IMG/VR virus record: IMGVR_UViG_3300022936_000015
Span: 1-42,132 of that record
Length of the DNA stretch: 42,132 nucleotides
Reading direction: 5' to 3' (one strand)
Source of the DNA: a virus
Taxonomy: Duplodnaviria; Caudoviricetes
The notes beneath the pieces are model-generated. The model was given only the letters and a program-made list of their open reading frames with translations. It did not search any database and had not been told where the DNA came from. Of this stretch, positions 9,212 through 17,634 are shown one piece after another. Numbering within the stretch: the first letter of the stretch is position 1; each line of letters opens with the position of its first letter. The translations under genes and the position numbers were made by a program.

Positions 9212-11128
9212 TTATCCTTTTCTATCGGCTATTTTTTGAGCCTGTTTAGTAATAACTAAAATATCATTTCCGCTTATACGTGTTTCGCTTTCTAAAACAA
9301 TGGTATTCATCATTGGAGATTGAGCTATTGCATTTCCGTTAGCATCCTGTTGCCCTAACATCTTTTTAAGTTTAGATAGTGGCGCAACAACTTCGGGATC
9401 GGATTTAGCTCCTGCATATTCGCCCATTAAGCCTAAAGTTGGCCCAGATATAACACCTCCATTTGCGAAGGCCGTAACGCCTCCGCTACTTTTGCCTTTT
9501 CCTGCCCCTTTAACTAATCCACCTCCTAAACTAAGTCCAGCGCCCAAAGCAATTAACCCAGCTCCGTCAGCTATTAATTTACCTCCAAATGGAGTTGCTA
9601 AAATACCAGCCGCAACTTTAGCAGCTCCCATAGTAATAAACTGTTGCCCTAAAGCTGAAAGTAAATCAGCGAAAGCACTTTGCAAGACTTGACCAGCCGC
9701 TAAAACTACATCGCCACCTTGCGCTAAAGCTTCGCCCATTGCTTCAAATGACTTTCCTAATGTAGATGAAGTTAAATTAACTATTCCAGGTAAAGAAACT
9801 ATTTTATCAATTGCCGCCTCTGCGTTGTTGGCTATCTCGGTTAATTCGTTTAAACCTGTTACTAAAGGTCTTATCGTAAGTCTTGGCTGTATTAAAAACG
9901 GCTTACTTAAATCTCCAAAACCTAATAACTCAGGCAAATTACCTAAAGTATTATTGTTTGTTCGTTCTAATTTAGGTTTAACTTTAACTGCTTTTGCAAT
10001 TGCCGAACCGAAACCGCCCTGTAATTTAGCTCCTTTTTCAAGCTGTTCATTTGTGTACTGAACTAAATTTAAATTCCTTTCGGTTAAAATATTGGTGTCG
10101 GTCTTTAAATTTCTTACTTGTTCCGCTATTACGGCTGTTCTTTCTTCTGCTTTAGCCGCCCTATCGGCCAAACCAATTGCCGCAGCCGCTAATTTTGGAT
10201 CTTTTAATTGGTTTAAGGCTTTAGCTGAGATTGCTCTTTCCCTATCGTAACCAACTAATAAATCATTTATCTTTTGTTCGTTTTCTAACTGTCTGTTTGA
10301 GTTTTTGGTAATTATATCAGCTGCCGCCCTAGCTTTTGCTGTTGCTAAAATAGAAGTAGTAAGTTTATCGTATGATTCCCTTGTTTTTTCAGATACCTGT
10401 TGCTCGAACTTTAAGTTACCGAAATATTGAGGATAAGCCTCTTGTAGCTGCTTATAAGCCGACTGTCTTGTTGTTAACGATAAGTTAGCATTGGTATAGG
10501 CTCCGTACAAAAGTTTTAAATCTGTTAACTCTTTTGTTGCTCCTTGCGATCCTTTTAACCTTGCTTGGGTAACTTGATCTAATGTAGAAATATAATCTTC
10601 AGTTACTTTTTTAGCGTTAGAAGTTTCCTTATTTGCTCGCTGTTGGTATTGTTGGTAGATTACAATAGCTGAACCTACCAAAGACAAGGCAAAACCAAAT
10701 CCAGCAGGGCCTAATAATTGAGAAGTTAAAGCTTTAAAAGCTAACGAACTACTGCCTGTCTCTTTTTGTAATCTTTGAAAAGATTCTAATAATGGATTTA
10801 AATTATTTTGAATGCCTACAAAGCCAAAAGGCGCATCCTGAGCGACACGACCTAAATTTGTTAAAGCGAATGCAGCTTGGTCGCTACCCTTAACTATTGC
10901 CTTTCCGCTTGTTGCGGATGCCACAGCGGCTTTTGCTAAAGATTTGGAAACCGTATTCGATGAACGCTCAACATCATTAGCTAATTTTTCAAAACCTTTA
11001 TCTACATCGTTTAAAGCTTTTTGAGTTGCGGAATCCCATTTTCCAGCCTCTTTTACAGCTTGGTTAAATCCATCACGTAAGGCATCAATCTTTGCCGTTA
11101 ATTCTACCGATAGTTGAGCATCTGCCAT
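9212..11128 (-). CDS. Tape measure protein
   Basis: 638 aa, helical and Ala-rich; 'QDAPFG' and 'FANGGVISGPTLGLMGEY...PEVVAPL' motifs; follows tail chaperones. Confidence 0.92.
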   Translation of the reverse strand: MADAQLSVELTAKIDALRDGFNQAVKEAGKWDSATQKALNDVDKGFEKLANDVERSSNTVSKSLAKAAVASATSGKAIVKGSDQAAFALTNLGRVAQDAPFGFVGIQNNLNPLLESFQRLQKETGSSSLAFKALTSQLLGPAGFGFALSLVGSAIVIYQQYQQRANKETSNAKKVTEDYISTLDQVTQARLKGSQGATKELTDLKLLYGAYTNANLSLTTRQSAYKQLQEAYPQYFGNLKFEQQVSEKTRESYDKLTTSILATAKARAAADIITKNSNRQLENEQKINDLLVGYDRERAISAKALNQLKDPKLAAAAIGLADRAAKAEERTAVIAEQVRNLKTDTNILTERNLNLVQYTNEQLEKGAKLQGGFGSAIAKAVKVKPKLERTNNNTLGNLPELLGFGDLSKPFLIQPRLTIRPLVTGLNELTEIANNAEAAIDKIVSLPGIVNLTSSTLGKSFEAMGEALAQGGDVVLAAGQVLQSAFADLLSALGQQFITMGAAKVAAGILATPFGGKLIADGAGLIALGAGLSLGGGLVKGAGKGKSSGGVTAFANGGVISGPTLGLMGEYAGAKSDPEVVAPLSKLKKMLGQQDANGNAIAQSPMMNTIVLESETRISGNDILVITKQAQKIADRKG

Positions 11129-11498
11129 TACGTTATTCCTCTTTGTTTTTTAAACGCTTCTAAGGTTTTTTGAACTTTAGATTTAGTAATTGTATTTCTT
11201 TGAACAGCTTTTTTTACTGTATCTGCATTAGGCCATATATTTTCAATATCAACTTTACTATTAGGCGGTGTATTGATTACGTATAAATGAAATGCAAGCT
11301 TCCTAAAGTAATTTTCTGTATTTATATTTTTCCTTGCAAATCCTTTAGCTTTTATTTCAAACTGAAATGGGGTTAACTCCGCTAATTCTCTCGGTGATAA
11401 CCCCATCTGCCCGTAAGCGAACTCTAATATTTTTAAATGACCAATTGCAGGGTCTACTTCTTTTTGGTTTTTACTTCTGGTGTTTCTGCTTTTTTTTT
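11128..11498 (-). CDS. Tail assembly chaperone, frameshifted (gpT-like) part
   Basis: -1 frame is open from the A9 tract: SRNTRSKNQKEVDPAIGHLKILEFAYGQMGLSPRELAELTPFQF... Confidence 0.8.
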
Positions 11499-11831
11499 CT
11501 GCTCTAAAGCAAACTCAACAGCTCTTTTTTGAAAGTCTTTACCCCATTTAGATTGGTTATAAGTGTCCCAGATCTCTAAAGAAACTTCATCGAAATTATC
11601 TTGATCTGCCATTTCTGAAACTAACATAACAGCCTCTTGATAAGTTGGCATTTGAGTATAGCTAAGCATAGCCTCGCCATACATACCCGAATAAACCAAA
11701 TCTGTAAATATCTTAGCGTTATTGCCTGTTGTATTCTTAAAAAATGCCTGTTCAAATTCCATCGTAGCGTAATAGTTCATCACTAAACGTTTTTTGCCAG
11801 ATGGAACAGTAATTTCAATTATTCCGTTCAT
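11454..11831 (-). CDS. Tail assembly chaperone (gpG-like)
   Basis: Between tail tube and tape measure; ends ...EQKKKAE with slippery run. Confidence 0.85.
   Translation of the reverse strand: MNGIIEITVPSGKKRLVMNYYATMEFEQAFFKNTTGNNAKIFTDLVYSGMYGEAMLSYTQMPTYQEAVMLVSEMADQDNFDEVSLEIWDTYNQSKWGKDFQKRAVEFALEQKKKAETPEVKTKKK
11490..11498 (-). other. Programmed -1 ribosomal frameshift site (CAG AAA AAA AAA GCA)
   Basis: A9 run contains an in-frame A-AAA-AAA heptamer; -1 slip joins the G and T frames. Confidence 0.75.
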
Positions 11832-11832
11832 A

Positions 11833-12300
11833 CTATGGTGTTGCTGGAGTAATAAATAATTGACCTACGCCCTTAAATGATACTGTAAAAGTATAAGCAT
11901 CAGCATTTGGAGCAGTTTCGGAGTAAGAAGTAATAAATACCTTACCCTCTCTTACAACAGTGTTTGTCGGATCAGTTAAACGTAAAAAGAAAATTTCTTT
12001 AGTAGTAGCTAATTCGATAATCTTTTGGTAATTGATACGTGTTGTTGCCTCTCCTGTTTCGAGTGTAACGGCTTGACCATCGCCTGACATAGTCCAAGAT
12101 GATAAACCTGGAATAGATGTAGCGTTACCGCCATCGCACTTATTCGAAGTGTCCTGCTCTGCTACAGTAAATTCTACACCGTTAGAAGTTAAGCACGCCA
12201 ACAGTTTATAGTTAGCATCTGTACCTCTGGTATTTGTCGCTACAGCTGTGGTATCATCCACCTCCAGAGCATAAGTTGTACCTAATAAAGTTGTTGACAT
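11833..12300 (-). CDS. Major tail (tube) protein
   Basis: TP901-1-like 'ACLTSNG...DTSNKC...WTMSGDG...ITSYSETAP...TFTVSFKGVG'; start moved to ATG 12300. Confidence 0.9.
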   Translation of the reverse strand: MSTTLLGTTYALEVDDTTAVATNTRGTDANYKLLACLTSNGVEFTVAEQDTSNKCDGGNATSIPGLSSWTMSGDGQAVTLETGEATTRINYQKIIELATTKEIFFLRLTDPTNTVVREGKVFITSYSETAPNADAYTFTVSFKGVGQLFITPATP

Positions 12301-12326
12301 TTCTTTTGGATTTATTTTATCGTAAA

Positions 12327-12344
12327 TGTAACACTTTCGATACA
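12327..12344. promoter_or_regulatory. Operator TGTAAC-N6-GATACA
   Basis: Overlaps and follows minus-strand TAGATTTG (12343-12350). Confidence 0.7.
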
Positions 12345-12370
12345 AATCTACAAATATTTAATTTTTGGTT

Positions 12371-12378
12371 TACATTTG
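12371..12378 (+). promoter_or_regulatory. Bacteroidota -7 promoter element (TACATTTG) for the plus-strand island
   Basis: Matches TAnnTTTG, 4 nt before ATG 12383. Confidence 0.7.
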
Positions 12379-12382
12379 ATGT

Positions 12383-12469
12383 ATGAACAACTACGAACTA
12401 CTATTAGCATCAACCGTTTGCCTAATTGCATTTTACAAATTCGGCATTAACGTAATTAAAAAGTTTTAA
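12383..12469 (+). CDS. 28-aa hydrophobic peptide
   Basis: MNNYELLLASTVCLIAFYKFGINVIKKF; first ORF after the promoter. Confidence 0.55.
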   Translation: MNNYELLLASTVCLIAFYKFGINVIKKF

Positions 12470-12471
12470 TC

Positions 12472-12603
12472 ATGAAAGAAGCATTGATAGTTATTGTCTG
12501 TTATATAGTAATTGCAAGTGGCCTTGTAATTTTCTGGAAAAGGCTTTTAAGAAAGAGCAAAACTAAAAACCCGATACATTTTAATAAGCCAGATAATGAT
12601 TAA
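12472..12603 (+). CDS. 43-aa single-TM peptide
   Basis: MKEALIVIVCYIVIASGLVIFWKRLLRK...; overlaps next ORF. Confidence 0.6.
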   Translation: MKEALIVIVCYIVIASGLVIFWKRLLRKSKTKNPIHFNKPDND

Positions 12604-12805
12604 AGTTACTTTTGAATTAGAGGGAGAGCTAGTCAATTACTTTGGAGTAGTAGCAAGATTAGTAAAAGCTAATTTTATTTTTTGCAAATCTGTAGTAAAA
12701 TATTCAAGAGTTTTAGTTCCAACTATAAAGGATGATATCCTATACATTCCAAGAACAAGAGAATTTATCAAATCAATCGAACACGTTAAACCAACTGATT
12801 TATGA
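12596..12805 (+). CDS. Hypothetical protein
   Basis: ORF in tightly coupled island. Confidence 0.6.
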   Translation: MIKVTFELEGELVNYFGVVARLVKANFIFCKSVVKYSRVLVPTIKDDILYIPRTREFIKSIEHVKPTDL

Positions 12806-13029
12806 AATATTTAATAGAATTTGAATACGCCTATTTTCCAAAGGGACTATCTGCAGTTACTTTAAAGGCTGTAAAAAATCAAATATTTGAAATTGAAATG
12901 CCAGATGATATATCGGATCTTAAAAACATTATCGGAGATCAGAGGGATCGTTGGTTTTTTAAAGGCGGTGTAGAAGTTGAATATATATACCTTTTTGTCG
13001 AAACAATTATAAGCATAACAAAATTATAA
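12802..13029 (+). CDS. Hypothetical protein
   Basis: ATGA-coupled ORF. Confidence 0.65.
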   Translation: MKYLIEFEYAYFPKGLSAVTLKAVKNQIFEIEMPDDISDLKNIIGDQRDRWFFKGGVEVEYIYLFVETIISITKL

Positions 13030-13033
13030 TTTA

Positions 13034-13183
13034 ATGGAAAACTTAAATAGATCACAATCATTAAAGCATATAAGAAAATTAAAAATGTATTACGGCAACG
13101 TATGGCCATATTTTAAACATTGTGAAAGTTGGAATAAAATTCAAAGAAACTGGAGTCCATCGCCGATAATAACAAAATTTTAA
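13034..13183 (+). CDS. Hypothetical 49-aa protein
   Basis: MENLNRSQSLKHIRKLKMYYG...; fills gap between ORFs. Confidence 0.5.
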   Translation: MENLNRSQSLKHIRKLKMYYGNVWPYFKHCESWNKIQRNWSPSPIITKF

Positions 13184-13193
13184 ATAGATAAAA

Positions 13194-13415
13194 ATGAAAA
13201 ATTCTATACATAAGGAGAGTAATATTAAAACCATTTGGTTTCAAAAAACATGTGATTTAACTCATGGCTACGGTTACCATATCCAGATTTATTGGAAAAG
13301 ATATTGCCATATTTTGGAAAGAATGGTTTATTCTCACCTCGTAACTTATGGATTTTCTAAAAATAAATTTACAGCCCTAAGGCAAGCGTTAGATAAAAAA
13401 GGAAATAAACTATAA
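13194..13415 (+). CDS. Hypothetical protein
   Basis: ORF with A-rich leader. Confidence 0.6.
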   Translation: MKNSIHKESNIKTIWFQKTCDLTHGYGYHIQIYWKRYCHILERMVYSHLVTYGFSKNKFTALRQALDKKGNKL

Positions 13416-13437
13416 TAACAAAATAATATTGAAAAAA

Positions 13438-13605
13438 ATGGAAGCAGTATACATAGTAGTAGAGATACGGGAAGTCTATGGACTTAAATTTAAAACCATA
13501 AATACCGTTTGCGCTGATGAACAAGAAGCGATTGATTTCGCTAAATTAATGAACGAAAACCGCAAGGATGTTGAGTTTAAAAAAGAAACACATTTTATAA
13601 GATAA
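13438..13605 (+). CDS. Hypothetical 55-aa protein
   Basis: MEAVYIVVEIREVYG...; fills gap. Confidence 0.55.
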   Translation: MEAVYIVVEIREVYGLKFKTINTVCADEQEAIDFAKLMNENRKDVEFKKETHFIR

Positions 13606-13608
13606 ATC

Positions 13609-14028
13609 ATGAAAGCGAGCGAAGTAAGGTCTGGAAACCTGATAAAGGCCTATAATAAGGATAAAGAGATCATTCAAGTAGTAGACTTCTCTATAATAAC
13701 AATTTTAGAAGGGATTGTAGATAACAAAGGAATAATGTTTAAGCCTATTCATATTGATGAAGACATATTGAATAGTTGCGGTTTTATTTCGAACGGAGGT
13801 AACTCTCAAGAGTTAAGCTATGAAGTATACAAGTCTATTATTATAGAGAAAAAACATGACCATTACAATGCAACTTTGATTCAGAAAACTGATAAAAATT
13901 GTGAATGTGATTGGGCATTCGTTTCTTTGCCAGAAATAAAGTCCGTTCATGAACTACAAAATGTTTATTACTTTTTGTTCGGTAAAGAACTTAATGTTTC
14001 AGCTTTATTACAATTATTACTAAAATGA
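13609..14028 (+). CDS. Conserved phage hypothetical protein
   Basis: 'EVRSGN...KPIHIDEDIL..CGF...IKSVHELQNVYY.L.GKEL' pattern I recognise from Bacteroidota phages. Confidence 0.75.
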   Translation: MKASEVRSGNLIKAYNKDKEIIQVVDFSIITILEGIVDNKGIMFKPIHIDEDILNSCGFISNGGNSQELSYEVYKSIIIEKKHDHYNATLIQKTDKNCECDWAFVSLPEIKSVHELQNVYYFLFGKELNVSALLQLLLK

Positions 14029-14108
14029 AATTACTTTTAACTCTTTACGGCATAGCTTTTATTGTTTTTATAGCTTGCTCAATTTTAATATTTAGGAGAA
14101 AAAAATGA
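14025..14108 (+). CDS. 27-aa single-TM peptide
   Basis: MKLLLTLYGIAFIVFIACSILIFRRKK; overlaps both neighbours by 4 nt. Confidence 0.6.
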   Translation: MKLLLTLYGIAFIVFIACSILIFRRKK

Positions 14109-14302
14109 AAAAGATACTTAATTATAATAAAATAAATAATGGATTTTGGTTTAGGCTGTTTGGGCATGGCTTATGTGTTTGGTTTTACAGGAAAAATGAA
14201 ACGTTGCCCTTATCATATAGATTAGGTTTGTTTAAAGCTTATAATTTATTCGGATATAAGGTAACTTTTGAGATACTTACAACACGTAGTCATGGAAAAT
14301 AA
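14105..14302 (+). CDS. Hypothetical protein
   Basis: Coupled ORF. Confidence 0.6.
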   Translation: MKKILNYNKINNGFWFRLFGHGLCVWFYRKNETLPLSYRLGLFKAYNLFGYKVTFEILTTRSHGK

Positions 14303-14456
14303 TCAAAGTAAATTAAATAACTCCCATAAAAAGGGGTGCAATCATATTTGGTATATTCAAGGTTTTTCTAAGTTTATAAATGGAAATTTACAGCAGCTTT
14401 ATAAATGTAAAATATGCAAAAAGGAAGCCTTCTTTGTTGGCTATGATGTTTTTTAA
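14292..14456 (+). CDS. Small Zn-finger-like protein
   Basis: CNH...CKIC; start moved to ATG 14292. Confidence 0.55.
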   Translation: MENNQSKLNNSHKKGCNHIWYIQGFSKFINGNLQQLYKCKICKKEAFFVGYDVF

Positions 14457-14460
14457 AAAC

Positions 14461-14572
14461 AGAAAGCGAAATTAATCGCTCTCGTAATCATATTACCGAC
14501 TTGGGTAAAACGATGAAAAGACTATCGGTCATCGTTAAAAAACAATTCTTTGCGATAGTCTTTTTAAGAAAT
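14461..14572 (+). ncRNA. Candidate structured RNA with loop-loop (kissing/pseudoknot) pairing
   Basis: Only large gap in the island; four hairpins; loop 14517-14527 is the perfect complement of loop 14553-14563. Confidence 0.55.
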
Positions 14573-14602
14573 CATTTACAAAAATCAAATATATAAATAA
14601 AA

Positions 14603-14791
14603 ATGAAGAAATTAATAATTTGCATATCGATATTAATAGTAGTTTTCTACTTATCGTTCTCCTTTGCTGTACTTCAATTAAATCCCACTGACTGGCCTCA
14701 AAAAGTACGGATTTATTTTGTTGTATTCTCAATAACTGGCTCCTTTCTATGTTTTCTGTTTAAAAAAATTAACGAAGAAAATGGGAAGTAA
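14603..14791 (+). CDS. Two-TM membrane protein
   Basis: Two hydrophobic segments. Confidence 0.65.
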   Translation: MKKLIICISILIVVFYLSFSFAVLQLNPTDWPQKVRIYFVVFSITGSFLCFLFKKINEENGK

Positions 14792-14975
14792 ATCATTAAT
14801 AGATCATAGATTTTCAGTACATGTTTTAACGAAACATTACGAATCGGGAAGTAAGCCCGATATACTTGCTTATTTCTATAATATAACTTACGCTTGTTTA
14901 GCGTTTGAATACGAGGTAAAACAACTAGACGGAATAAGAAAGGTTTGGATAGAATTGAATCCGTACCATAAATAA
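14781..14975 (+). CDS. Hypothetical protein
   Basis: Coupled ORF. Confidence 0.6.
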   Translation: MGSKSLIDHRFSVHVLTKHYESGSKPDILAYFYNITYACLAFEYEVKQLDGIRKVWIELNPYHK

Positions 14976-14980
14976 ATAAA

Positions 14981-15181
14981 ATGAAAAAACACGAGTTACT
15001 AAAGCATGCATACGATAACTACCCAAAGGGAACTATTATACATGTATTCATGGACGAGGTGGAGGCTTCTGGGAGATATGTGGTTACTGAAACTGGAATT
15101 AATGACGAGGAAACGGGATACGTTATTTATAGTTCCGTTTGCGATTGTTGGGCTCAAAAGGTTTTTGATGTAAAAAAATAA
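14981..15181 (+). CDS. Small protein paralogous to the N-terminal domain of 36838..37647
   Basis: MKKHELLKHAYDNYPKGT...WAQKV. Confidence 0.75.
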   Translation: MKKHELLKHAYDNYPKGTIIHVFMDEVEASGRYVVTETGINDEETGYVIYSSVCDCWAQKVFDVKK

Positions 15182-15198
15182 TATTTTTTATAGGGTGT

Positions 15199-15336
15199 TT
15201 AGACTGGCTTGTTATCGGATGATGCAAGCCTTTCTTGTATCCAAATACCACGTAAGTAAAGAATCTTTTTCTTAGTCCACACACAAGGATTGAAAGGCAT
15301 GGGATAGAGTAACTCCGCTTGCTGTTCTAAGGTCAT
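15199..15336 (-). CDS. Hypothetical 45-aa protein
   Basis: MTLEQQAELLYPMPFNPCVW...; ATGA-coupled to the tail terminator gene. Confidence 0.55.
   Translation of the reverse strand: MTLEQQAELLYPMPFNPCVWTKKKILYLRGIWIQERLASSDNKPV
15206..15236 (+). terminator. Intrinsic terminator closing the plus-strand island
   Basis: GGCTTG...CAAGCC followed by TTTCTT. Confidence 0.55.
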
Positions 15337-15791
15337 TGGCTTATATTCGAAACAAGTATTAGCTGATTGATCCAAATTCTCGATTCGTTCTCGTTAAAGT
15401 TTAGATTTCGAGTGCCGATTAATTCAGATTTCCAAACTTCCATGTTGGGTATGGTTAAGTTTGATTTATAAAATTCATTAGGGAATAAAATACCTAAAAC
15501 TACGTTGGCTATTTCTTCGGCAACTTTACTGCCGCCTTTGCCAGCTGGATAAACAGTTGTTATTTGTATCTGAACACTATCTTCGTTATTTCGGTGGCAC
15601 TTAGGGCTATTGTCATTACTTGTTTGATTAAGCAGAATTATATAAGCCTCAAAAGTAGGAAATACCGCTTTCTTGTTCGTATTCGTTTCTTGCAAATATT
15701 CTTCAAACACACCAATACGTTTAGATTGATACTGAACGTTATTTAAGGCGGTTACGATAGCCGTTCTATATGGAAGTGTAGTAATTTGCAT
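15333..15791 (-). CDS. Tail terminator/completion protein
   Basis: Last neck gene; size and 'YIIL...VQIQITT' pattern. Confidence 0.75.
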   Translation of the reverse strand: MQITTLPYRTAIVTALNNVQYQSKRIGVFEEYLQETNTNKKAVFPTFEAYIILLNQTSNDNSPKCHRNNEDSVQIQITTVYPAGKGGSKVAEEIANVVLGILFPNEFYKSNLTIPNMEVWKSELIGTRNLNFNENESRIWINQLILVSNISQ

Positions 15792-15792
15792 T

Positions 15793-16293
15793 TTAAAAAG
15801 ATAATTTGTTTAAAGCTGCTTTTAATTCTTTTACGTATTCAATTTTATATTTCAAGAATGCTGGTAATAAATAAGGCTGAGCAATTATAGTTCCTTTTCC
15901 ATTGATATAATAAAGTTGAGCCAATGACTTCCATTCTGGCGGTACTGTTGCCAAATAAGATGAAGCGCTTTGACCCGTTCCAAATTCTACCCATGCCGCT
16001 ATCTCTCCTGCCGAACGTTCAACGTAAACCGTTCCTTTATATCCACTTGAATCAATCGAATATCCTATCGCTTGACTAATTGGCGTCCAACTTCTACCCC
16101 TTGCAATATCTGATTGACTTTCGCTACCTAATTGCGTTCTTATCTGGTCGCCTCCACCTGGAGCATCACGAATAGCTTGTAGCTCTATTTCGCCTAAATT
16201 ATATTCCGTAATTTCTTTAACCTCCTGTTGAAAGTCTTTACTGAGCTTATTAAGCTTATCGGCAAACTGCTTAAATCCATCAATATTTGACAT
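15793..16293 (-). CDS. HK97 gp10-like neck protein
   Basis: 'AAWVEFGTG' and 'AQPYLLPAF' motifs. Confidence 0.85.
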   Translation of the reverse strand: MSNIDGFKQFADKLNKLSKDFQQEVKEITEYNLGEIELQAIRDAPGGGDQIRTQLGSESQSDIARGRSWTPISQAIGYSIDSSGYKGTVYVERSAGEIAAWVEFGTGQSASSYLATVPPEWKSLAQLYYINGKGTIIAQPYLLPAFLKYKIEYVKELKAALNKLSF

Positions 16294-16628
16294 TATCTAG
16301 TTGGTAAAGTGGTTGCAATCGCTAATATTTCAAGGTATTCTTTATAAACATAGTCGGGCGTTGCTTGATTAACCCTAAAAACTTCTCCGCGCCATTTAAT
16401 AATCATATCCTCAACAACAAACTTATCATCCCGATAACGAACCTTAAATTTAACAACAGGCTTTAAACGCTCTTGATTAGCTTCTAAATTACGTGAGGCT
16501 TTTAATTGTCTAACTTCTGCAGATGTTGACCAATATAAAACCTCTTGCGGCGTCACACCCCCTGCTCCATCTGAAACATCTTCGTACTTGAATATTTCTA
16601 TACGCTGATTTAAAAAGCCGCTTTCCAT
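16293..16628 (-). CDS. Head closure protein (SPP1 gp16-like)
   Basis: 'LNQRIEI...DGAGG...FKVRYR...MIIKWRG'. Confidence 0.88.
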   Translation of the reverse strand: MESGFLNQRIEIFKYEDVSDGAGGVTPQEVLYWSTSAEVRQLKASRNLEANQERLKPVVKFKVRYRDDKFVVEDMIIKWRGEVFRVNQATPDYVYKEYLEILAIATTLPTR

Positions 16629-17218
16629 TATAATACTAAGTTTTTAGAAAACCCTTTAGCCATCATTGCTGCATAAGGTGCAATTGTTTTTGTTTCTGGC
16701 AATCCTTTGTTTTTATACATAAAATCTACCTGAGCAAGTAAAGCAAGTTTTAGCCCTTTTGGAAGCGAATCATAACCTGTATTATAAATAGCCGTATAAA
16801 CACTTTCGCAATCAGCAGCAGTAAACGACCAAGGCTCTGCGTATGATCTATCAATTGAATAAAACCACTCAATACCTCCAGTATTTAATGAGTTAATGTA
16901 AATAAGTTTATTTGCTCCATTGCTCAAAGTATATTCATCTGTTGATACAGCAACGTTATCTTTATCAACAATACTCACTAAAGCTCCATTAGGCGTTAAA
17001 GGTAATTTTAAAGGATTTCCATTCCATTCTAATTTAACGTCACGATTAGCAAGCCCAACATTCAGGTATTGTTCCAATCGTTCCCTTGCGGCTGATATAA
17101 ACGTTTGCAGCTCGAAATCTTCCGACGAGTAATCAGCATCAATACGCATATAAGCCTTAACCTCCTCTAAAGTTACCGCTTCGGAATAATCAGAATCAAC
17201 ATCTTGAATGTTATACAT
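16628..17218 (-). CDS. Head-tail connector (HK97 gp6-like)
   Basis: 'VTLEEVKAYMRID...ISAARERLEQY...LKLALL...MYKNK'. Confidence 0.9.
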   Translation of the reverse strand: MYNIQDVDSDYSEAVTLEEVKAYMRIDADYSSEDFELQTFISAARERLEQYLNVGLANRDVKLEWNGNPLKLPLTPNGALVSIVDKDNVAVSTDEYTLSNGANKLIYINSLNTGGIEWFYSIDRSYAEPWSFTAADCESVYTAIYNTGYDSLPKGLKLALLAQVDFMYKNKGLPETKTIAPYAAMMAKGFSKNLVL

Positions 17219-17532
17219 TATTTCTTAGATTTAGCTTTTTTAGCTGGTTTTTCTTCTACTTCTTCGCTTTCTTGTAGCTTGTTTATTTCGGCTAGAGCTT
17301 CTAATTTTTTACCCTCAGTATCTAAACCAGCCGCAATACGTTCAGCTTTATCTTGCTCAGTTTCGGTAACTTCCGCATCTTTAGGAGCTTTATTAACTAG
17401 CTTGTGAAATGTAAGGTAGTCGAAATCAGCTTGCGACCCAGCATCAAAGACATCGCCTGGATCGTAAATTCTTGAAGTCTTAGCGAATAAAAAACGCATA
17501 TTTGATTTTACTAAGAATTGTTCTTTTTCCAT
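17218..17532 (-). CDS. Hypothetical protein after the capsid gene
   Basis: ORF with Lys-rich tail, coupled to connector gene. Confidence 0.75.
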   Translation of the reverse strand: MEKEQFLVKSNMRFLFAKTSRIYDPGDVFDAGSQADFDYLTFHKLVNKAPKDAEVTETEQDKAERIAAGLDTEGKKLEALAEINKLQESEEVEEKPAKKAKSKK

Positions 17533-17578
17533 TTTATTGAAATTAGTATATGTAAATGTAAGTAAAGTTTGATTAAAT

Positions 17579-17611
17579 AAAAAACCCCTGCCGTAAAGAC
17601 AAGGGTTTTTG
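17579..17611 (-). terminator. Intrinsic terminator after the capsid gene
   Basis: AAAAACCC...GGGTTTTT hairpin with T tracts. Confidence 0.8.
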
Positions 17612-17634
17612 TTATGCTATAGTTAGTAAAATAA

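Noticed and set aside
13514-13530. CUGAUGA hammerhead core (also at 6892)
   Set aside because: Inside coding frames, without the flanking stems and GAAA arrangement.
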